Source: an uncultured Chlorobiota bacterium
Lineage (GTDB): Bacteria; Bacteroidota; Bacteroidia; Bacteroidales; JAADGE01
DNA: 48,976 bases
Assembly: GCA_947311125.1 (NCBI GenBank)
Contig: CAMZKI010000048.1
Location: 1 to 48,976 of the forward strand
Direction of reading: 5' to 3'
The notes beneath the pieces were generated by a model. The model did no database searches. It worked only from the letters and a program-made list of their open reading frames with translations, and had not been told where the DNA came from. Below, one piece after another: positions 17,173 through 25,216 of the stretch. Position numbers and translations under genes: made by a program. Position 1 is the first letter of the stretch. Every line of letters starts with the position of its first letter.

Positions 17173-18903
17173 TTATTTTGTTTGTGAATAAAATTTTAAC
17201 ATTTTTTCTTCGGTATCGTAAATATAAATCAGATTTTCTTTATTTTTTGTTTTATAAAGAAGGATACCGTCGTGCGGCAGGTATTCATATTTTTTTGCTT
17301 CGTAAGTTTTTCCGGCTTCATTTGTTCTTTTCAGCATATTTCCGAGATACCACCGACCTCCTCTTCTGCCTTTTTTGACCGTTTTTATTTTTATATCTTC
17401 GTTTACGTGAACAGATAAAGTTTCATCATTATCAAAAATTATCAAAATTTGCCGTTCTTTCGTTTTTGTATTTGAGAGTATTACGGCAAAATCTTCTTTT
17501 TCATTGTCATTAAAATCTCCGAAGGCAACAGTATTCATCTCGAAGACTTTCTTTTCTTCCGGAAAAATTTTCCAGTCTGTTTCATTATTTTTGTAATATT
17601 GGTTTTCAACAAAATAATTTCGCAGTGCAAGTTTATATTTGGCAGGTATCAGGTTTCCTGCAATGCTGTTTCCCATTATTGCGTTTATTTGCACAAAAGT
17701 ATGAGAAATTCCCAAGTCTTCGGCATAAACCCATCCTATTTTATTTCTTAAACTTTTAACCTTATACCAAGGCTTTATAATGATTCCGTCTTCCGGTTTT
17801 TTAATTACTCTTACGGTTTCTCCGTAATGAAGGCTTTCTATTTTTTTTGCCGTCAAACTGTCTCCTTCAAGAAGAAAAGCGTTATTATCAATAACTCTTC
17901 GTTCATCTTTTTTTGATAAAAAATACAGTCCGCTTACAATAATTGCCGAAAAAGCAATTGCTGCTATAAGCATAATCAGGTTTTGCCAAAAACTTATGCC
18001 GAGGTTCGGTTTTTTAATTTCAAAATCCGCCGAATCAATAATTTTTGTCTGCAGAGAAATTGTTGCAGCTTTTGTTCGTTTCTTCTGTGAGCTTAATAAA
18101 TCTATACTAAATTCATCGCAAGCCTGATAACGATTAAGGGGTTGAGTCTCAGTAGCCCTCCTTATAACATTACGCATTTTGTCGGAAACACCAATGTAAA
18201 AAGAGTGCGGGTCTGGAAAAGGCTGAGTTACAATTTTGTTATAAATTTCGTACTCGCTTAAATTTTTATCATAAGGATATTGTCCCGTAAGAATATAAAA
18301 AAGCGTTGCCCCGATTGAGTATATATCCGTTCTTCTGTCAAGAATTTTTCCTTTAACCTGTTGCGGGCTCATAAAGATTGCCGTTCCGAGTTTTGATCCT
18401 CCCTGAGTTATGAGTGCCTGGTTTTTTCTCAGATGTTTGGCAATCCCGAAATCTATAAGTTTTATAGTATTATCAGATGTTATCATAATATTTGAGGGCT
18501 TTATGTCCCTGTGTATCATATTTTTAGAATGCATATGTCCGACAGCGTCAAGAACCTGTAAAATAATTTTTACGGCTTTTGACTCAGGAATGGGTCCCGA
18601 AACCAAATCAACGTATTCATCAAGGGTTTGCCCTTTTACATATTCCGTAATAATAAAAATACCTTGGTCGTTTTCAATATAATCATATAAAGTTACAATA
18701 TTCGGGTGATTGAGTTTTGACAAGAGTTTTGCTTCATTTAAAAAGCGTTTTTTATACTGAGGGTTTTTTTGTAAAACCGGATTCAGCATTTTTACGGCAA
18801 CTTTTTTCTTTAAATACTTATGAATGCCGAGATAAACGGTTGACATTCCGCCTTCGTCAATTATTTCGTCTATTTCATAATTATTTACAAATTGACCTAT
18901 CAT
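17173..18903 (-). CDS. Membrane-spanning Hanks-type Ser/Thr protein kinase with an extracytoplasmic SH3b-like / FG-GAP-like region
   Basis: GGMSTVYLG...VAVKM, HRDIKPSNIM, DFGIAK and SPQQ motifs. One TM segment (LIMLIAAIAFSAIIVSGLYFL). The ectodomain contains GETVRVIKK...WYKVKS...GWVYAEDLG and FGDFNDNEKEDFAV. Confidence 0.92.
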   Translation of the reverse strand: MIGQFVNNYEIDEIIDEGGMSTVYLGIHKYLKKKVAVKMLNPVLQKNPQYKKRFLNEAKLLSKLNHPNIVTLYDYIENDQGIFIITEYVKGQTLDEYVDLVSGPIPESKAVKIILQVLDAVGHMHSKNMIHRDIKPSNIMITSDNTIKLIDFGIAKHLRKNQALITQGGSKLGTAIFMSPQQVKGKILDRRTDIYSIGATLFYILTGQYPYDKNLSEYEIYNKIVTQPFPDPHSFYIGVSDKMRNVIRRATETQPLNRYQACDEFSIDLLSSQKKRTKAATISLQTKIIDSADFEIKKPNLGISFWQNLIMLIAAIAFSAIIVSGLYFLSKKDERRVIDNNAFLLEGDSLTAKKIESLHYGETVRVIKKPEDGIIIKPWYKVKSLRNKIGWVYAEDLGISHTFVQINAIMGNSIAGNLIPAKYKLALRNYFVENQYYKNNETDWKIFPEEKKVFEMNTVAFGDFNDNEKEDFAVILSNTKTKERQILIIFDNDETLSVHVNEDIKIKTVKKGRRGGRWYLGNMLKRTNEAGKTYEAKKYEYLPHDGILLYKTKNKENLIYIYDTEEKMLKFYSQTK

Positions 18904-20015
18904 TATTTGTCGTTTACATTTTGCGGAATTATAAATCTTTCACCGGGGTAAAAATAAAACTCCCGCTTGTTATTAACCCTTAAAATATCAATAATATTAT
19001 ATTCATTAACTCCGGGATAAGAAAAAATATTTTTCCCGACAGAATATCTGTATATATTATTTGTATGTTTTTTAAAAATTAAATCAGAAGAATTACTTAT
19101 GATGATATCTGTATTTTTTAAGGGTCTGTCTTTTCGGAAAAAATAGTTATACATAAAAAACGCATTAACAAGCAAAAAGATGATACCCAGCAAAGCAATG
19201 TTTTTAAGTTTTTTCTTTTTATCGTTTTTTTTGAAAGTAAAAGACCTTTTGGATTTTTTACCTGTATTATAAAAACGAATTAAACTTACGGTTACGTTAT
19301 CATTGCCGCCGTTGTTTAATGCTCTTTTTATTAATTGCCTGCCTGCTTTCTTAATGTCTGTTTCTTTTTGTATTATTTTCAGAATATCTTTATCTTCAAG
19401 TTCATTTGTAAGTCCGTCGGAACAAATTAAAATATAATCGTTATCTGCCGGAATCAACGGTTTTTCACAAATGTCGACAGAGACTGTTTCTCTTATTCCG
19501 ACAGCATTGTAAATAATGTTTTTCTGTATATGGTTTCGGGCGTCTGTTTCGGTGATTTTTTTTTCCTTGAGAAGCTTGTTGATTAAAGAGTGGTCTTCTG
19601 TAAGCTGAAATAATTTTTTTCCTGTTTTGTAATAAATTCTGCTGTCTCCGGCGTGTGCATAAAAAACTTTATTATCTCTGATTAAAACCAAAGCAATGGT
19701 TGTTCCGGGATATACGTTTTTTTCAGGTTGCCCGAGTTTTGCCCGAAGTTCCGTATTTGCAAAGTTTACAGCATCGTATATCAGCAACCGTTCGTTATCA
19801 TACCACGTTTCGGATATAAAAGACTCAATTTTTTCCAAAGTTAAAGAGGCTGCTTTTTTTCCGTCAGGAATTCCGCCCATTCCGTCGCAAACGGCAAAAA
19901 CGGCACCGTTAATACTTTCAAAATAAACAAAAGCATCCTGATTTTCGTTTCTTACAAGACCTTTGTCTGTTTTTGAAAATTCCCGGTATATTTTAAGTTG
20001 TTGTGTTTGGCTCAC
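18903..20015 (-). CDS. Membrane-anchored PP2C-family Ser/Thr phosphatase with a short LysM-like ectodomain
   Basis: NQDAF, CDGMGG and GGNDNVTV metal-site motifs. TM segment IALLGIIFLLVNAFFMYNYFF. Apparent GTG start. Its TAA stop overlaps the kinase ATG by 1 nt (TAATG). Confidence 0.9.
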   Translation of the reverse strand: MSQTQQLKIYREFSKTDKGLVRNENQDAFVYFESINGAVFAVCDGMGGIPDGKKAASLTLEKIESFISETWYDNERLLIYDAVNFANTELRAKLGQPEKNVYPGTTIALVLIRDNKVFYAHAGDSRIYYKTGKKLFQLTEDHSLINKLLKEKKITETDARNHIQKNIIYNAVGIRETVSVDICEKPLIPADNDYILICSDGLTNELEDKDILKIIQKETDIKKAGRQLIKRALNNGGNDNVTVSLIRFYNTGKKSKRSFTFKKNDKKKKLKNIALLGIIFLLVNAFFMYNYFFRKDRPLKNTDIIISNSSDLIFKKHTNNIYRYSVGKNIFSYPGVNEYNIIDILRVNNKREFYFYPGERFIIPQNVNDK

Positions 20016-20091
20016 TGTATATTAAACTTGAGGTAAAATTAATGTTTTTTCTCTTAATAGGCAGTAAAATCTTTAAATCAAAACAAATTCT

Positions 20092-20099
20092 TATTTTTG
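20092..20099 (+). promoter_or_regulatory. TAnnTTTG -7 box for the sulfotransferase/FemAB-like/wzx cassette
   Basis: TATTTTTG at 20092-20099. It overlaps the ORF-track start at 20097, which favours the TTG at 20121. Confidence 0.4.
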
Positions 20100-20120
20100 T
20101 GTTTTACACAAAATATTTTT

Positions 20121-20972
20121 TTGACAAAGATTATTTATATAGCCGGCTTAGGTCACTCAGGTTCAACAATTTTGGATATGGCATTGGGCTGCCATCCGGA
20201 AATTGTAGGCTTAGGAGAGATTTATGCTGTTTTTAATAAAAAAAAAACGTCCGAGCTTTTTGAAAAGTCAACTTGTTCTTGCGGTAAAAAAGGTATTGAT
20301 TGTTATTTTTGGAAAGATCTGCAAAAAATTTCAGCTTCAGAGCTTAAAACAGAAGAGAAATACAAAAAACTTATTGAAATCTTTACTGAAAAGTACGGGG
20401 AAAATATGATTTTACTTGACAGCTCAAAAAATTCATATTCATACCTCCGTTTTTTGAATAAAGAATATGACCTGAGAGTAATATATTTAACAAGAGACTA
20501 CAGAAGCTGGATTTATTCCCGCTTCGCACGAACCCGAAAACCGATGCTTTTTCTTGGTTTAAGATGGTATCTTGAAAACCGAAAATTATTATATGTTCTG
20601 AAAAAATACAATTTGAAAATAATGACTGCGGGCTATGAAGAACTTTCCGTATATCCGGAGTTTATTTTAAGAAAAATATCTGATTTTACCGGTATTGATT
20701 TTTCGGATAAAATGTTGTATCCCGATAATACAAAAAGCCATATTATAAACGGAAATATCAGTCGTGTCGATAAAAATAAAAGGAAGGCGTTTTTTTATGA
20801 CGTACGGTGGATGACATCCGGCAGACTTGCACGATTATCAAGCATATTTGCCGTGTTTAACAAATTTAACAGGAGCTTGGTTTTTTCAAATATTTCCGGA
20901 AAGGAAAAAACCGATTTCTATATTTTCGGAAATGAAAGAAAAAAGAGTTTACTGAAAAACCATAATGAATAA
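20121..20972 (+). CDS. Sulfotransferase family protein (P-loop-like PAPS-binding type)
   Basis: MTKIIYIAGLGHSGSTILDMALGCHPE (5'-PSB-like) and IYLTRDYRSWIYS (3'-PB-like). TTG start inferred, with no in-frame ATG near the N-terminus. Confidence 0.75.
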   Translation: MTKIIYIAGLGHSGSTILDMALGCHPEIVGLGEIYAVFNKKKTSELFEKSTCSCGKKGIDCYFWKDLQKISASELKTEEKYKKLIEIFTEKYGENMILLDSSKNSYSYLRFLNKEYDLRVIYLTRDYRSWIYSRFARTRKPMLFLGLRWYLENRKLLYVLKKYNLKIMTAGYEELSVYPEFILRKISDFTGIDFSDKMLYPDNTKSHIINGNISRVDKNKRKAFFYDVRWMTSGRLARLSSIFAVFNKFNRSLVFSNISGKEKTDFYIFGNERKKSLLKNHNE

Positions 20973-21879
20973 AACTTTGCAGATAAGATATATTAAACAC
21001 ACAGAGATTGACAAGCCCCTATGGGACAGCAAAATACACAAAGCTGCAAACGGCAGGATTTATGCTTTTTCCGGCTGGCTGGATATTGTTTCTCCGGAAT
21101 GGTCGGCTTTAGTTACCGATAGTTATGACTTTTTGATGCCTTTGCCCGGAAAAAAAAAGTTCGGAATTAAGTATGTTGCGCAACCGAAATTTACTCAACA
21201 AACAGGTATTTTTTCTTCCCGAAAAATAACGAACAATATTGTTTCGGATTTTTTAAAATCAATACCCGAAAAATATAAATATCAAGTGGTTCATTTAAAT
21301 TCTCAAAATAGAATATCCGGTGAAAATATTGTAAAAAAAACAAACCACTTGCTAAGTTTAAATAATAAATTTTCAAATTTATTCAAGGCTTTTTCTCAAA
21401 ATACAAAGCGAAACATAAGAAAATCGGAAAAACTTAAAAACATAACGGACAAAAACATTTCCGTTGACGAAGCAATTTTTTTGAAAAAAGAAAATAACAT
21501 AAACGCTCTTTCCGAAAAAGATTTAAAAACGTTAAGACGCTTAATTTTATTTGCAAAAGAGCAATTTAATGTTAAAATTTACGGGGTAAGAAATAAAAAC
21601 AAAAAGTTAATTTCCGTTACCGTTTTTGTTTTTTGCGAAAACAGGATTTACTTACCGCTAATAGCGTCTTCACCTGAAGGAAAAAAGAAATTTGCTTCGT
21701 TTCATATTTTTAATACATTTATTGAAGAATACGCCGGTAATGAGTTATTTTTGGATTTTGAGGGTTCTTCCGTTCCCGGAGTTGCTCGTTTTTTTGAAGG
21801 GTGGGGAGCCGTTCCTGAAACTTATTACATTTACAGGCAAAATAATTTGCCGGTGTTTTTTAAAATATTTAAAAAGTAA
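20965..21879 (+). CDS. FemAB-like / GNAT-fold acyl(aminoacyl)transferase family protein
   Basis: 304 aa with the C-terminal LDFEGSSVPGVARFFEGWGA pattern seen in FemAB-related GNAT (Acetyltransf_6-like) proteins of polysaccharide loci. Overlaps the upstream gene by 8 nt. Confidence 0.5.
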   Translation: MNKTLQIRYIKHTEIDKPLWDSKIHKAANGRIYAFSGWLDIVSPEWSALVTDSYDFLMPLPGKKKFGIKYVAQPKFTQQTGIFSSRKITNNIVSDFLKSIPEKYKYQVVHLNSQNRISGENIVKKTNHLLSLNNKFSNLFKAFSQNTKRNIRKSEKLKNITDKNISVDEAIFLKKENNINALSEKDLKTLRRLILFAKEQFNVKIYGVRNKNKKLISVTVFVFCENRIYLPLIASSPEGKKKFASFHIFNTFIEEYAGNELFLDFEGSSVPGVARFFEGWGAVPETYYIYRQNNLPVFFKIFKK

Positions 21880-21899
21880 CGTAACAGCACAAAGCCATT

Positions 21900-23174
21900 T
21901 TGCTAAAAAACATTTTAAATACTGTTTTTGTCCGAGTCTTTAATGCCGGAATGACATTAGGGATTGTTATTTTAAATTCAAATGTAATAGGAGCCGAGGG
22001 TCTCGGAAATATAAGTTTAATCATTCTTGCCGTATCAATATTTATACTGCTGACGGGCTTTGTTTCCGGAGCTTTGGTTTATTTTGTTCCGAGAGAAAAT
22101 GTTTTTCAGCTTTTTATAATTTCATATGCCTGGGCGTTTATAATGTTTTTTGTTTTTTTTATTTTCATAACATTTGTGCCTGTCGTTGATAAAAAATTTA
22201 TTTATCATGTTTCGGCACTGTCTTTAATTTTATCGGGAGCAAATATTAATGAGAAAATCCTTGCGGGAAAAGAAAAAATAACAACCGTAAATTATATTTC
22301 CCTGCTCAAAACAGTTTCAATGATAATTTCATTGCCGATTTTATACTTTCTTTTAAAAGAAAAGACGGTAATATCTTATGTTTTCTCTCTTTATATTTCA
22401 TATTCTGTCGGGTTTTTTCTTACATTGTTCGGTGTTTTGAAGTTTTTGAAAGACAAAAAAATAAACGGCTTCGGGCTTTTGCTGATAAAGGTTTTTAAAT
22501 TAAGCGGCTATAACACTGTTGCCGCAATAGTTCAGAAATTAAATTACCGATTAGGATACTATTTTATTGAATACTTTTTGGGAATAAAGGCTCTCGGTAT
22601 TTTTTCGGCAGGAGTTCAAATAAGCGAAAGCACGCTGATTATCAGCCGAAGTATTTCTTTTGTCCAATATTCCAAAATTTCAAATACAAACAATTTCAGG
22701 CAGTCTGTATCTCTTACTGTTACTCTTGCAAAAATCGTTCTTTTGATATCTTCCGGAATAATGCTTGTTTTTTCAATGCTCCCGTCTTCTTTTTATTCAT
22801 TTGTTTTCGGGCACGATTTTACGGAAATTAATACGGTGATAAAAAGTTTGAGTTTCGGGATTGCGGCATTATCACTTAATTTAATAATAATGCACTTTTT
22901 TTCCGGCACGGGAAACCAAAAGTTTAATATGATGTCAGCTTCTGCGGGATTCGCAATAACAGTTTTCTGCGGATTACTTTTAATTCCGGAGTTCGGAATT
23001 TTCGGAGCCGGTTTTTCAACATCTTTTTCCTATCTGACATCTGCCTTACTTCAAATTTATTTCTTTACAAAACTTACGGGAATCGGGTGGTCGGCATTTA
23101 TAATAAGAAAAAAAGACTTTACAAACGGAATATCTGCCTTAAAAAACTTATTATTATCAAAAAATAAAAAGTGA
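21900..23174 (+). CDS. wzx: Wzx-like oligosaccharide flippase (MOP superfamily)
   Basis: 424 aa with about 12 predicted TM segments and the typical N-terminal NILNTVFVRVFNAGMTLG. Apparent TTG start. Confidence 0.7.
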   Translation: MLKNILNTVFVRVFNAGMTLGIVILNSNVIGAEGLGNISLIILAVSIFILLTGFVSGALVYFVPRENVFQLFIISYAWAFIMFFVFFIFITFVPVVDKKFIYHVSALSLILSGANINEKILAGKEKITTVNYISLLKTVSMIISLPILYFLLKEKTVISYVFSLYISYSVGFFLTLFGVLKFLKDKKINGFGLLLIKVFKLSGYNTVAAIVQKLNYRLGYYFIEYFLGIKALGIFSAGVQISESTLIISRSISFVQYSKISNTNNFRQSVSLTVTLAKIVLLISSGIMLVFSMLPSSFYSFVFGHDFTEINTVIKSLSFGIAALSLNLIIMHFFSGTGNQKFNMMSASAGFAITVFCGLLLIPEFGIFGAGFSTSFSYLTSALLQIYFFTKLTGIGWSAFIIRKKDFTNGISALKNLLLSKNKK

Positions 23175-24491
23175 TTAGACTCTTATAAACATAACAACTC
23201 CGCCGAGTTTTATCATATCTTTTGCCTTAAGCTTATATTTTTTAACTTTCTTTTTGTCTGCAACAACACCGTTTGTGCTTCCCAAGTCTATGATATAAAA
23301 ATCACTGCCTTCTTTATTTATTACAGCATGATTTGCCGATACGGTCATATCCGGAATAACAACATCGTTATCGTCAGCTCTGCCTATTTTTATAATGTGT
23401 TTCTCAAAAAAATATGTCTTGTTAAATCCCTTTCCTTTTATGTTTATTTCAATCGGCTTTACAGCAGGTATATACTTAGCCTCTTGTAATAATTCAGCCT
23501 GCTTTATCTTTTTTTTGTAAGTTATAAGAACAAGTATTAACAATAAAAACAAAACAGAGGAAAAAATTGTTAAAAAAAGCTCCTTTTGTGTCAGAAATAT
23601 TTTACTTGGTTTTTCAACAATAACGTCAACGGTATTTTTGTTAAGATTCAGGGATATTTCGGACCGTTTTGTTTTTGCAGACAAGATCAGTGAGATTTTA
23701 TAAAAATCGGGCTTCATTGTTTTTGAGAAATAGGAAAGGTCTTCTGTGTATCTCCTTAGCTCTTTTAATGCTTCTTTTTCTTTTTTTATTTGAGAATACA
23801 TTCCGCCGGTTTTTCGACATATTTTTATTATTTCCTGTTCTGCATTTGGCTTTATATCTGCCGTTTGTAAAAAATAAACAGGAAAACGGTCGTTGTTTAA
23901 CGCCCCGGAACAAAAATCAAAAGGGAATTCTTTATTTTCGGAAATAATGAAAACTCCTATATTATCAAATTCAGATTTTTTCAAGAACAGATAATCTTTT
24001 ATTTTTTTACTTTCTTCACAGTTTTCTTTTGTTTTGTTTTTCTTGAGTACGGGGAAATAATTTTTCAGAAACCCGGTAAAAAAAGTTTTGTTTTTACTAA
24101 ATTCAGGGCTTATAAAAGAAATAAAACGTTTACCTTTTTTGTTAGTGTTTACAATTCCGATATTAAACTCATCTGTTTTCTTAAGTCGTTCTGTCTCTTT
24201 CAACATTATATTTATTATTCTTTTTGACGCATTAATGTCAATTATAAATAATATTTTTATATCTCGTTTTATTTCCTTAAGAAGAACCGGAGTTATTTTG
24301 AAAGCTTGTTTTTTGCCGTTTTCAAAAACATTAGAGTTAGATATATTAAGATGCTCTTTGCTTTTAACAAAAATATTAACTTTCGGATAATGAGAATCGT
24401 CAATTTTTATAACTCTCACATTATTTTGTGCAAGCAGCCCCGAAAATTCGAAAGCAAACAGAATAAAAAAAACGGTAATTCTTATCTTCAT
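23175..24491 (-). CDS. Single-pass membrane FHA-domain protein with a vWA-like extracytoplasmic domain
   Basis: Signal peptide, an ectodomain with KILFIIDINAS (degenerate MIDAS), a TM segment (LFLTIFSSVLFLLLILVLITY), and a C-terminal FHA domain (IKIGRADDNDVVIPDMTVSANHAVINKEG...YIIDLGSTNGV). Confidence 0.85.
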   Translation of the reverse strand: MKIRITVFFILFAFEFSGLLAQNNVRVIKIDDSHYPKVNIFVKSKEHLNISNSNVFENGKKQAFKITPVLLKEIKRDIKILFIIDINASKRIINIMLKETERLKKTDEFNIGIVNTNKKGKRFISFISPEFSKNKTFFTGFLKNYFPVLKKNKTKENCEESKKIKDYLFLKKSEFDNIGVFIISENKEFPFDFCSGALNNDRFPVYFLQTADIKPNAEQEIIKICRKTGGMYSQIKKEKEALKELRRYTEDLSYFSKTMKPDFYKISLILSAKTKRSEISLNLNKNTVDVIVEKPSKIFLTQKELFLTIFSSVLFLLLILVLITYKKKIKQAELLQEAKYIPAVKPIEINIKGKGFNKTYFFEKHIIKIGRADDNDVVIPDMTVSANHAVINKEGSDFYIIDLGSTNGVVADKKKVKKYKLKAKDMIKLGGVVMFIRV

Positions 24492-24507
24492 TTTTTATTT
24501 TTTTTAA

Positions 24508-25163
24508 CAATGCGAATATAAAACTTTATTCTGTGTCTTATATGTTATTAAAGCTTTTTGTCCTATATTTGAAATAATTAAGAAAGCCGATGAAAAATTC
24601 AGAGGTAAATCAACATACGGCGAAATGGCCATGACCATTGTTCGTCCGATATGAAAACGAACATTAAAATTTAAAACATGGGGAAAAGGAACCGATTATT
24701 CCTTGGCTCTTATCACTTATCCCGCAAAAGAAAAAGGATAAACCATTCTGAAACAAAAAAACGAAATGTGGACTTGGAATCCCAAAATTTCACGCCTGAT
24801 AAAAATGCCGTTGTTATTTGGGGAAAATTGATAAAGCGGATAAGCAAAAATGAATACAACCAAATGAAATCGGAATATTATGACGAAGACGAATATCTGA
24901 TAAAAACAGATATTACCTCAGAGGTTAAACTTATGGGAAACAAAAAAATTCCGACACATATTGAGATAATTCCGGCAGACGAACCAAACCATAAAACAAT
25001 TGTTGATATAAATTCAATGGTTTTTGATATTCCGATAAGCGATAATGCCGAATTTGATGTTTTAGCACAAACATTCGGCGGTAAATTAAAAAATTCGGTA
25101 ACGGAAAACACCGAATTCAAGCAAATTACTTTTGCATTTTTACAGTTTAAATACAGTTTCTGA
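24508..25163 (+). pseudogene. Decayed LolA-like outer-membrane lipoprotein-sorting protein (PF17131-like) remnant
   Basis: One frame reads ...EIIKKADEKFRGKSTYGEMAMTIVRPI*KRTLKFKTWGKGTDYSLALITYPAKEKG*TILKQKNEMWTWNPKISRLIKMP, with stops TGA at 24652 and TAA at 24739. Homology resumes in another frame at about 24807 (AVVIWGKLIKRISKNEYNQMKSEYYDEDEYLIKT...IPTHIEIIPADEPNHKT). No start codon or signal peptide remains. Confidence 0.7.
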
Positions 25164-25172
25164 AAATTATTT

Positions 25173-25180
25173 TATATTTG
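25173..25180 (+). promoter_or_regulatory. TAnnTTTG -7 box heading the long glycan operon
   Basis: TATATTTG at 25173-25180, 37 nt upstream of the cysC ATG at 25217. It overlaps the ORF-track start at 25178. Confidence 0.45.
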
Positions 25181-25216
25181 CAGTTCTTTATTAAAAACCT
25201 AAAGCTTTTATTTTTG

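Noticed and set aside
16371-17378. 335-aa plus-strand ORF overlapping the ubiD and kinase genes
   Set aside because: It is entirely antisense to two genes with strong family motifs. Its translation is low-complexity and Ser/Phe/Ile-rich with no recognisable domain, which makes it a typical shadow ORF of an AT-rich genome.
24652-24654. The TGA aligned with a conserved Trp in the LolA-like gene could indicate UGA-to-Trp recoding
   Set aside because: Several confidently delimited genes in the window end at TGA at the expected C-terminus (13737, 23172, 35303, 45270, 46640). The same remnant also carries a TAA and a deletion. A simple TGG-to-TGA decay mutation is the better explanation.
25092-25117. 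8-bp inverted repeat AATTCGGT...ACCGAATT as a terminator or recombinase site upstream of cysC
   Set aside because: It has no following T-tract and no partner repeat on the other side of the promoter box. It lies inside the tail of the decayed LolA-like ORF and is probably fortuitous.
24492-25216. Invertible (shufflon-like) promoter, as in Bacteroides capsule loci
   Set aside because: I could find no pair of inverted repeats of 15 bp or more flanking the TATATTTG box, and no nearby tyrosine or serine recombinase. UpxY/UpxZ-like genes are also absent.
25178-25216. Longer N-terminal extensions proposed by the ORF track (25178 for cysC, and likewise 2606, 3732, 5269 and 20097)
   Set aside because: In four cases (2606, 3732, 20097, 25178) the extension starts inside or next to a TAnnTTTG promoter box, and three of those four use TTG. 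The 5269 extension has no such box and was rejected on the next point alone. In every case a downstream start (ATG, or TTG at 20121) gives the family-typical N-terminus.
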